Shown: positions 36,575-44,320 of the stretch, piece by piece | How positions within the stretch are numbered: position 1 is the stretch's first letter | Layout: every line of letters begins with the position of its first letter | Virus record (IMG/VR): IMGVR_UViG_3300017991_000012 | Coordinates: 1-64,000 of that record | Length of the DNA stretch: 64,000 nt | Reading direction: 5' to 3' (one strand) | Origin: a virus | The notes under the pieces: generated by a model | The model's input: only the letters and a program-made list of their open reading frames with translations | The model's database searches: none | What the model was told of the DNA's origin: nothing | Translations under genes and position numbers: made by a program

Positions 36575-37009
36575 CTACAGAATCCCCTCCTCCTGCATCG
36601 ACAGATAGCCGTCGCCTACGATCACGCTGTCCAGTAACCTGATCCCCAGCAGCTCCGCGCACTCCTTCAGCCGCTTGATCAATACTCGATCCTCGTGGCT
36701 CGGCGTCGTGTCGCCACTCGGATGATTATGCACGAACGCGATCGCAGCCGCTCCGTCAACAATCGCCGGTCTGAATACCTCTCGTGGATGCACGAGACTC
36801 GCGGTCAGCGTTCCCAGGCTCACCAGGTGCTTGTCGATCAGCCGGTTCTTCTGGTTCAGCGTCACGACCAGGAACGCCTCCTGGCCCAGCTTTGCCGCGT
36901 CTTTCACGGCCTTCACCAGGTCCCTGGCGTTCTTCACGTACGGTCCCTCGGTCTCGCGCACCTGCATCAGCTTCGCGTTCAAGCTCACTCCGAAGTAGCC
37001 TGCGCTCAT
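36575..37009 (-). CDS. radC: RadC-like JAB domain protein
   Basis: E.F....LN.KN, GTL..SLVHPREVF, HNHPSGD..PS.ED. Confidence 0.92.
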   Translation of the reverse strand: MSAGYFGVSLNAKLMQVRETEGPYVKNARDLVKAVKDAAKLGQEAFLVVTLNQKNRLIDKHLVSLGTLTASLVHPREVFRPAIVDGAAAIAFVHNHPSGDTTPSHEDRVLIKRLKECAELLGIRLLDSVIVGDGYLSMQEEGIL

Positions 37010-37021
37010 CGTCCGTCCTCC

Positions 37022-37246
37022 TCACACGCGGATTGCGTCCAGTCCCAGCTCGTCAATCAGCGCACAATAGGCCTGGTACAGATCCTGGCTCGTGAAGCTC
37101 AGGCTCTTGTCCTGCGCTCCGAACCAGCAGTACAGGTACGAATGCACGATCGCCAGCTTGCCGGAATCAGCCAACACGTAGTAGTGATCGTCCCGTCGCG
37201 CCTTCTTCGCCAACTCCTTGATCTGCTCCTTGTTTGGTCCTGCCAT
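37022..37246 (-). CDS. hypothetical protein
   Basis: AGGAGGAAGGACGATG start. Confidence 0.6.
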   Translation of the reverse strand: MAGPNKEQIKELAKKARRDDHYYVLADSGKLAIVHSYLYCWFGAQDKSLSFTSQDLYQAYCALIDELGLDAIRV

Positions 37247-37257
37247 CGTCCTTCCTC

Positions 37258-37452
37258 CTATGCAACCGCGGCTGTGGTGATCACCAGCCGACCGTCCCTG
37301 ACCGCCTTCTCCAAGTGCTTGCACCACTTGGCGTCACGCCGGCTGAACTTCCAAGCCGGGCACGTGCAGTACACCACGTCGTCTGCTCCGCGCCTGATCT
37401 CGTACTTCTTGCCGGCCTTGCTCGCGCTTTCGACCTCGAATAGTACTGTCAT
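37258..37452 (-). CDS. SWIM zinc-finger protein
   Basis: YCTCPAW...CKHL. Confidence 0.8.
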   Translation of the reverse strand: MTVLFEVESASKAGKKYEIRRGADDVVYCTCPAWKFSRRDAKWCKHLEKAVRDGRLVITTAAVA

Positions 37453-37463
37453 CGTCCGTCCTC

Positions 37464-37655
37464 CTAGATCAGCCCGCAGATCTGACCCATGTATACGTTG
37501 TAGGCACAGACCTCGTCGTCCGTCATCTCGGCCAAGACACTCATCTCGGCCTCTTCGTACTTATCCCACGTGCTCTCATCGTCATCATCCCAGCCACGCC
37601 TTCTGGCCTCGTCGAGCACGATCCTTCTGGTCTCTTGTCCGCTGATGCTCTTCAT
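37464..37655 (-). CDS. hypothetical protein
   Basis: AGGAGGACGGACGATG start. Confidence 0.6.
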   Translation of the reverse strand: MKSISGQETRRIVLDEARRRGWDDDDESTWDKYEEAEMSVLAEMTDDEVCAYNVYMGQICGLI

Positions 37656-37666
37656 CGTCCGTCCTC

Positions 37667-38041
37667 CTATGCGTTGTCAATCGCTCGCGCCAGCCCAATA
37701 ACCTCTTGTTCAATCTCGTAGTGCCTGATCTTCTCGGCGCCCTTGCCAACCACGTTCTTGCACGAAAAGCAGTATGTTTCTCCCTCAATGCACTGTTGCA
37801 CCCAATGCGCTATCTCGTGTGCGATCGTTAGGTACGACGCTCCAATCTTCACCCTGATGATGTGCTCTGCGAGCAGGTTGTCCTTCGTGAAGCCCTTGGC
37901 TATGTATTCGCCTTCTGCTCCGCGCACGCCACCGACCTCGATGGTTGGGTCGTTCTCGTCCGCTATGCCATAGAACCTTCTTGCGCGTTCGGCCCAGGCC
38001 TCTATTTTGAAGGCTTTGATTTCCTTTTTTCCACTCTTCAT
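37667..38041 (-). CDS. HExxH zincin-like protein, first gene after the array
   Basis: TIAHEIAHWVQ. Confidence 0.7.
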   Translation of the reverse strand: MKSGKKEIKAFKIEAWAERARRFYGIADENDPTIEVGGVRGAEGEYIAKGFTKDNLLAEHIIRVKIGASYLTIAHEIAHWVQQCIEGETYCFSCKNVVGKGAEKIRHYEIEQEVIGLARAIDNA

Positions 38042-38068
38042 GTCGCTCTCCTGAGTAGTGAACCAAGA

Positions 38069-38106
38069 CAATAGTAGTATACACCACAGGCCACGTTTGT
38101 CAAGTG
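38069..38106 (-). promoter_or_regulatory. early promoter with GTCTTGG leader and upstream A-tracts
   Basis: CACTTGACA-16-TATACT-6-GTCTTGGT. Confidence 0.85.
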
Positions 38107-38153
38107 GATTTGTATTTATTTTGCTGTTTTTTCGTCGAGTTATTTTTGTGGAT

Positions 38154-38819
38154 TTTTGCCTGGAAAACTAATCGCTCTGAGGTGCGCTGGTTTTGCCTGC
38201 AAGTACTCGGTCTCGAAAGCGTACAGCTGTTGCCTGCAAAAGCAGCGTGTCGGATCGTGCGTGGTTTTGCCTGCGAAGCGGTGACCTCGCGTCGCGCCAT
38301 GTTTTTTCTGGAAAAGCTGCGTCTCGTTTCGAATTGGATTTTGCCTGGGAAGTGCTCGTCTCCTTTCGTCGTGAGTTTTCCCTGCAAAATCTATCGCTCG
38401 GATCGTATCACGTTTTACCTGGGAAAGTTTGGTCTCGAATCGCGACGGTTTTTGCCTGAAAATCGGATCGCTCGCTTCGTCACAGGTTTTGCCTGCAAAG
38501 CGTGTTCGTCTGTGCGTCACGTGTTTTTCCTGAAAAAGCTATCACTCGTTTCGGCGCAGGTTTTTCCTGGAAAAGTTCGACGTCAGATCGTGACGTTTTT
38601 TGCCTGAAAAAGCTGCCGCTCCATGCGTCGCAGTTTTTGCCTGAAAAAGCCGTGCGTCGAAGCACGTCAGGTTTTGCCTGGAAATTGTCCTGCTCGCTTC
38701 GTCACAGGTTTTGCAGCCTAGATCAGGCGCTCGGCGGGAGTCGTGTTTTGCCTGCGAAAGCTGCGCGTCACAGACGCGCCAGGTTTGCCTGCGAAGTGAC
38801 GTGCTCTCAGAGCATGGTG
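38154..38819. repeat. 18-unit degenerate array with exact 37-bp period
   Basis: TTTTGCCTGNRAA core at 38154+37n (n=0-17); invariant TC at unit positions 23-24. Confidence 0.95.
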
Positions 38820-38828
38820 CTGTTGCAG

Positions 38829-38870
38829 AATAAAAATGGAGGCCTATCGCCGGGCGAACGATAGGCCTCC
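38829..38870 (-). terminator. terminator ending the late operon
   Basis: GGAGGCCTATCG/CGATAGGCCTCC 12-bp stem followed by a T-rich tail. Confidence 0.8.
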
Positions 38871-38905
38871 GGTGGGTAGCCGCTGGGCTGGCGGCTGGTA
38901 TGGAA

Positions 38906-39256
38906 TTACGGATCGCCCGGCGGATCCTCTTCCAGGACCTTGTTCTTGTTCGCTCTCGCCAGTCGATACAGCTTGCGGAAGGCAGCCGGGCTTAGGACGT
39001 AGAACTTGTCCAGGTCCTTCAGCTGCACCTCGGCCTGGTTGTAGTCGAAGATCTTGCCCTCACGGATCTGGTACGGCACCATGTCTGCCGGCACCACGTT
39101 GTTCGCATGCGCCGGATTTCTGAACGGATTGCCGCAGCCATAAAAACCGAACAGCAGCGCCACGATCATCAATGCAGTCAGCATTTTGATGACAATGCCA
39201 TCGGCAAGCCTGTTGCGGTTCTCATTCATCTGCTCACCTACTTTCTCTTCGGGCAT
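38906..39256 (-). CDS. lipoprotein, possible o-spanin-like
   Basis: Hydrophobic signal ending FYGC; at the end of the late operon; start uncertain. Confidence 0.5.
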   Translation of the reverse strand: MPEEKVGEQMNENRNRLADGIVIKMLTALMIVALLFGFYGCGNPFRNPAHANNVVPADMVPYQIREGKIFDYNQAEVQLKDLDKFYVLSPAAFRKLYRLARANKNKVLEEDPPGDP

Positions 39257-39363
39257 TTCTGTCCCGCAGCCCGCCTTCGTCCGACTCCCCCCTTCTTTCC
39301 CTGGTAGCTCCCCTTGTACGGCCCAGTGCCGTCACGCACGCCACGTGCTGTCTTACCCATCAT
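39238..39363 (-). CDS. small basic Gly-rich protein
   Basis: RDGTGP...G.GRR motif, DUF5320-like. Confidence 0.5.
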   Translation of the reverse strand: MMGKTARGVRDGTGPYKGSYQGKKGGVGRRRAAGQKCPKRK

Positions 39364-39586
39364 CGACTCCTCTCGTTTCTGGCCGTGGATCATCCAGCTC
39401 ATCCACCAGCCTGCCCATTTCTTTGAGGTCGCCATCCAGTATGGCGTCATCCATCGAGTCCAGATCCTCGGTCAACGCATCGTCCGCTGCCATGTTCCGC
39501 TTGTCGCGCCTGACCTCCCGGCGCCAGCCGATGAACTCCGTGGCCGCAGCCAGCAAGCCGCCCAGCATTTTCAGGATGGTCATCAT
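39353..39586 (-). CDS. membrane-anchored small protein
   Basis: N-terminal hydrophobic helix then a charged tail. Confidence 0.55.
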   Translation of the reverse strand: MMTILKMLGGLLAAATEFIGWRREVRRDKRNMAADDALTEDLDSMDDAILDGDLKEMGRLVDELDDPRPETRGVDDG

Positions 39587-39595
39587 ATCGGTCTC

Positions 39596-39877
39596 CTAGA
39601 TCAGCGGCGGAGTTGCATCTATATCTGCGCCGCCGTACAACAGTCGGTTTGACATGATGAAAACGGCATAGATCGCTGCTAGATGCTTGGCACGCGCCTC
39701 CGTCACTTCTCCGTCAGCAACCTTCTTATCAAGATCATCGTTTCTGTAGCACAGCATTCTGCCGTCGAATATGAAACTCTCGTGCTCCTGCAGCGAGTGT
39801 CCGAATGCTTTATTCAACCGTTCGAGATGCCCAGGCGCCTCTTCGACAGTAGAACTCGTCAGTCCGAATTTGATCAC
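39596..39877 (-). CDS. hypothetical protein
   Basis: GTGA overlap with the fibre gene. Confidence 0.55.
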   Translation of the reverse strand: MIKFGLTSSTVEEAPGHLERLNKAFGHSLQEHESFIFDGRMLCYRNDDLDKKVADGEVTEARAKHLAAIYAVFIMSNRLLYGGADIDATPPLI

Positions 39878-42036
39878 AGCACGTTCTCCCTGTACGCGAA
39901 CTGGCCAAGCGGATTATCAGGATCGGTGAACGCATACGGCACGGTCAGCGTCAGATACGGCCCTCTGGTGCTTCCCTGCCTGGCGCAGATCGCGACGTAA
40001 ACCTGCTGCTCCTGCGTGAACGGATAATCGTATTCACGCGGCGTCTCGGCCAGGACCGTCGCCGTCGGCTCGCCGCTGGTATTGACCGGACTCGTGGTGC
40101 TGATCCAGATCGCGAAGTCATCCGGCAGCAAGGTCCCGAACTGCTCTCGCCACACCCAGTACAGGACTGTCCTGCTTATCGTCTGGTCATAGGCCGGGCT
40201 GCACCATTCCAATGCCGGAGGCCTGCTGCCCTCGACTTCGACAATTCCACCAGGGCTTCCCTCGATATGCACCCTCAGCGTCTGGCCCTGCAGCCAGTCC
40301 TGCCACTGATAGCCGGCCAGCCAAAAGCGCAGATCATACGTGCCTGGCGCGAGATTGATTCCGCTCAGCTCCAACGGACTCGCGCCGGCATCGATAAACC
40401 CCAGGTCGGTCACGGCCCCGGTCGCGACATTCACGGCCTCACATGTGTAGCCTGCTTTGGTCCACACCGGACTGTCGGCATCCAGCTGTACGCGCTTCAG
40501 GCCATAGACCCTGTACTCTGGCGTGAACTGCAGACGCTTAAGCGTTCTGACATTAAACAGCTGGTCTTTTGCCAGTCTGCTTCGATTGCGGCTGACTATC
40601 CTTGCGTCAAGCTGCAATCTTGCTGCACCGCGGCCGTCTAGCGTTGCATCAAAACCAAGCCGCCTTGAGTACAGCAAACTCTTGAAATCCGGCGAGAAGT
40701 CCAGTCTGGCCATCGCCCTCGTATCGAGCACCGGATCGAATGCCAGGCGCTTGCTGTAGCTCACCGAGTACGGTGCCGTCGGCGGCGTGAAGTTGCTGGT
40801 CCACCTGGCCACGTCGCTGTATCTGAACTCGTCGACGTTGCCGTTCCAGTATCCGGCATTGCTTTCGCGCCTGGCCCCGATCTTTAATGTGTCATCAGAA
40901 ATGCTCGTGCTGTCACTGCCGGTCGTGGCCTGCGCCACGCCATCGATGTACAGCGTACAGGTCCCGCTGGCTCTGACTGCAGCCATGTGATGCCAGGCAT
41001 CGTCGTCAACAGCACTGTCGCTTGTCGCCCTCTGCGCACCTCCGACATAGAAGTCCAGTTTGCCATTCGAGGAATCGATGAGTATCTTTGCATTGTTCCC
41101 GCCATGATCAAACAGCCTTCTGCTGTAGCCGCCCTGCGTGCTTCTGGTGGCGGTCTTGAACCAGCAGTCGATCGTGAAGTCGCTCGTGCCGACTCCGAAG
41201 TCGCCGTTACTGAACACGGCCGCAAACACCGAACTCCCATTCAGATTAAGGCTTGAAGTCCATTTCTTTGTAGTAACATCGAAAGCGCTATCATCGCGCA
41301 AATTGATGCCGTGCGGACTCAGTTCAGCCGTTGCATTACAGTGCCAGAGGAAAACGGTATTCGCATCCGATTCATATTCCGCTGTTGCTGGCGTGAATCC
41401 GCTTGTCCATCGCGCCGTATTGCTGATTCTGTATTCGTCAAGATGCCCGTCTACATATTGGCTTGGGCTTGCCTTGCCTGAGCATGCGAATGTAACTTCG
41501 GACGATGCGTTGAAAAGACTGTCTGATCCTATCGATCCCGTTCCCTTCGCAACCCCATCATGGAAGAATCTTATCGTGCTTCCATCTCGCACAACCGACA
41601 TATGATACCAAGTATCGACGGATATAGTCAAACCATCCGAATACATCTGCGTTACGGTTCCCGATCCCCCATCCGTCGAATAAGTGAATTGCAGCTTATA
41701 CGTTCCGGAATCATTGTAGAATCGAAATCCGAATGATCGCTGATTTGTTCCTGTCTCATACTTGGCGATCAGTGAAACGTTGCTTCCGCTTCCCGGAAGA
41801 CTTGTGAATCGAACCCAACATTCAAGCGTGAAATCTCCGCTTCCGAAGTCGAAATCAGAATGATCCGCGACCCATGCGAATTCGTTAGAGGCCGGATCGT
41901 AACTTGTCTCTCCGAACTTCTTGACGTCCTTGTCAAACTTGTTGGTGTTCTGTTCGAAGTTAAGCGTATGGCCGGTGTTGCCCACGTCGCCATAGAAGTG
42001 CAGCACAGTCAGCGCATTGGCATCGATGCCAGGCAT
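39874..42036 (-). CDS. tail fibre / receptor-binding protein with two LamG domains
   Basis: Two copies of FG..DFT..CW, W.H...VR, G..DE.R.S..ARWTS.FTP. Confidence 0.85.
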   Translation of the reverse strand: MPGIDANALTVLHFYGDVGNTGHTLNFEQNTNKFDKDVKKFGETSYDPASNEFAWVADHSDFDFGSGDFTLECWVRFTSLPGSGSNVSLIAKYETGTNQRSFGFRFYNDSGTYKLQFTYSTDGGSGTVTQMYSDGLTISVDTWYHMSVVRDGSTIRFFHDGVAKGTGSIGSDSLFNASSEVTFACSGKASPSQYVDGHLDEYRISNTARWTSGFTPATAEYESDANTVFLWHCNATAELSPHGINLRDDSAFDVTTKKWTSSLNLNGSSVFAAVFSNGDFGVGTSDFTIDCWFKTATRSTQGGYSRRLFDHGGNNAKILIDSSNGKLDFYVGGAQRATSDSAVDDDAWHHMAAVRASGTCTLYIDGVAQATTGSDSTSISDDTLKIGARRESNAGYWNGNVDEFRYSDVARWTSNFTPPTAPYSVSYSKRLAFDPVLDTRAMARLDFSPDFKSLLYSRRLGFDATLDGRGAARLQLDARIVSRNRSRLAKDQLFNVRTLKRLQFTPEYRVYGLKRVQLDADSPVWTKAGYTCEAVNVATGAVTDLGFIDAGASPLELSGINLAPGTYDLRFWLAGYQWQDWLQGQTLRVHIEGSPGGIVEVEGSRPPALEWCSPAYDQTISRTVLYWVWREQFGTLLPDDFAIWISTTSPVNTSGEPTATVLAETPREYDYPFTQEQQVYVAICARQGSTRGPYLTLTVPYAFTDPDNPLGQFAYRENVL

Positions 42037-42039
42037 TCG

Positions 42040-43365
42040 CTACTCCGTGTCTACTTCAAAGTCCACATACATTCTGGCCAGCGCACTGGTCACCGGCTTC
42101 TGTCCTGCGGGAATGTAAAACCGCTCCCACACACAGTATACGTCTGATGCCGCCAGGTTGCCGATGCTCAGCGCATCGGTCGTGTTCATCGGCGTCGTAA
42201 ATGTCACGCCGCTCGGCGCCGTGCTTTCGGTAGCCGGATCCTCGAACAGCTGCAGGTCCGGGCTGCCCATGTTCAGCGGCGCGTCCAGGCCAATATCCAT
42301 CCACGGGCATGGAATGATATTGTCGCCTGCATTCCAGGCCGCAGCCGTGTACCCACGCATTCCGCCTGCTGGGTTCATCACGCTGTATTCGTTGCCGCTC
42401 TTGTTGTAGCAGTACCTGATGTCTTGCACCGTACCAGCGCCATCGATCTTCGCAATCCAACCGCTGTCCGGCCAGTTCGTGGCGTCCGTCACCTCCAACG
42501 TATCTGCACCCGTCCCGATTCCGCCAGGACTACCGCTTGCCACGGTGCTGGCAACCGCGCCGTCGTCAGCATACGGATTCGGCAGGTAGCACTTGAGATC
42601 GTACAGGCTGCCACTTGCATGAACGTTGATCAGGCCAACTGGCCTGTAGATCGTGATCCCGCTCTCGGCCTCGGTGCCGGTTATCGGGCTGACGAACACG
42701 CCCAATGGCCTGGTCAGAACAATCGTGTCGCTCTGATCGCTGCCAGGGAAGGCACTGGCGTTGCGCTTCATCACGCAGTACTTGCTGGTGTTCGACTGTC
42801 CGGTGCCGCCGCCGACAAGCGTGAACTCCTCGTCCGTACTCAGGTTCGTTATGTCTACTCGCGCACCCTCGGTGCCGCCAGGTGGCGTCCATGTAGCTTC
42901 GATCGTGGCCGGACTACCTGAGCCGACATAGATCTTCAGCGTTCCGCTGCCTTCGTCGTTGATCATGTTGATGTTGATGAACTCGATGCCGGTGCAGTTC
43001 GTCGGCGTCAGATCCCAATCGTTCGGCACCATGCCGGGAATGCGCTGGTCGCCGATGAACTTGCCGCCGCGTAAGAGCGTGAACTTATCGCCGGCCACCA
43101 CATCATTCGGCAACGCATCATCTACCGTGATCGTGGTCGTGCCGTCTGTGTAGCTGTTGACCCAGCTCCATTGATTGGCGTCTGCATTGTCGCCAACGTC
43201 CCAGCGCATGAGACCGCCTTCCATGTTGGTCTTGCCGCTGAGCGCAGCGCAGATAGCCGTCCTCGCACTTCCACCGCTGCACGTGTATTGCGTTGGTGTG
43301 CCGCCGCTTTCGGTCAGGTCCTTGTCCAGGTAGCGGAGCACAAGGTCAGATACTGTCGCTCCCAT
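42040..43365 (-). CDS. minor tail structural protein
   Basis: G/S/T-rich beta-type sequence in the tail module. Confidence 0.7.
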   Translation of the reverse strand: MGATVSDLVLRYLDKDLTESGGTPTQYTCSGGSARTAICAALSGKTNMEGGLMRWDVGDNADANQWSWVNSYTDGTTTITVDDALPNDVVAGDKFTLLRGGKFIGDQRIPGMVPNDWDLTPTNCTGIEFININMINDEGSGTLKIYVGSGSPATIEATWTPPGGTEGARVDITNLSTDEEFTLVGGGTGQSNTSKYCVMKRNASAFPGSDQSDTIVLTRPLGVFVSPITGTEAESGITIYRPVGLINVHASGSLYDLKCYLPNPYADDGAVASTVASGSPGGIGTGADTLEVTDATNWPDSGWIAKIDGAGTVQDIRYCYNKSGNEYSVMNPAGGMRGYTAAAWNAGDNIIPCPWMDIGLDAPLNMGSPDLQLFEDPATESTAPSGVTFTTPMNTTDALSIGNLAASDVYCVWERFYIPAGQKPVTSALARMYVDFEVDTE

Positions 43366-43375
43366 TTTCTTCTCC

Positions 43376-43948
43376 TTACGTTGTCAACGTCAGCTTCAGG
43401 CTCGCACCGTCAAGCTCCATAACCGCATTCGCTACCAGGCTTGGAAGCCCGGTCAGCAGCCTCGGCCATGGATCCTTGGTGCTTTGCGCCCCACTATCCT
43501 TCCTGGCCTCGACCTTGAACCAGTAATAGATGCCGCCCCATCTCTCGACATCTCTTCCCATGATCCTGCTGTAGTACGTCGTCAGCGGCTCGTTCTCGAC
43601 CGTCAGCAGCCTGGTGTACACTGTCTCGCCGGCCTGGCGATAGTAGATCCTGTACCTGTCTGCGTCCGAGACCGGCGCCCAGTAGATGAACGGCTTATCT
43701 TCATGCGGATCCTCAACTGCCTCGACGGTCACGCCGCTATCGACCTCATGCAGTTCTATGTGCGTTACGTCATCACCGGCAATAGGCACGTCCATTGTCT
43801 TGCTCGTGCTCGTGTGCGTAACCGGCCCGGCATAGTAAGTGCCATCGATGAACACCCACGCCAGCTTGTCCACATCGCCAGTCCAGGCAATCCGGATCAA
43901 GCTCGCGCTGATGTACGTGTACGTGATATTGCTTCGCAGGATTCTCAC
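43376..43948 (-). CDS. FN3-like virion protein
   Basis: W.PV..A..YRIYY...Y.FKVEA. Confidence 0.6.
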   Translation of the reverse strand: MRILRSNITYTYISASLIRIAWTGDVDKLAWVFIDGTYYAGPVTHTSTSKTMDVPIAGDDVTHIELHEVDSGVTVEAVEDPHEDKPFIYWAPVSDADRYRIYYRQAGETVYTRLLTVENEPLTTYYSRIMGRDVERWGGIYYWFKVEARKDSGAQSTKDPWPRLLTGLPSLVANAVMELDGASLKLTLTT

Positions 43949-44310
43949 TTCTGCTTTCTCTTTTCCGCCAGCACGGCCGCAAGTCGTTTTGCTTCCGCGA
44001 CCATTGCCTTGTTCGGGTTCTTGCCAAGGAACTCCTTGCTCAGCTCGATGAAGCGTTTGCAGAACAGATCCATCTTATGGCAGGCCCTGGCATGGGCCGG
44101 GTCCTTCTTGCCCTTACCGTAATTATCCGGCACCGTCTTTTCAACCCAGCTGAATGACTGCAGCGCATACGGCAGGAACTTCGCAAAGCGCTTCTTGGTC
44201 TTGTCGCATGCGAACGCCTGCAGCAGTGCCTTGAGAATCAGAATCAGGCACAGCAGAATCACCGCGCCAGCGCTCAGTCCTTCCGGCGTCAGTAGTTGTT
44301 CAAATTCCAT
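43945..44310 (-). CDS. holin-like membrane protein
   Basis: N-terminal TM helix and basic C-terminus. Confidence 0.45.
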   Translation of the reverse strand: MEFEQLLTPEGLSAGAVILLCLILILKALLQAFACDKTKKRFAKFLPYALQSFSWVEKTVPDNYGKGKKDPAHARACHKMDLFCKRFIELSKEFLGKNPNKAMVAEAKRLAAVLAEKRKQK

Positions 44311-44320
44311 CTCGTTCTCC

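Noticed and set aside
38154-38819. CRISPR array
   Set aside because: The core is only ~13 bp and degenerate. The intervening parts have conserved positions and are related to each other (units 9 and 15 share GCTCGCTTCGTCACAGG). No cas operon is present.
38100-38864. ORFs across the array
   Set aside because: The 37-bp period shifts frame each unit; there is no RBS, and the translations are artefacts of the repeat
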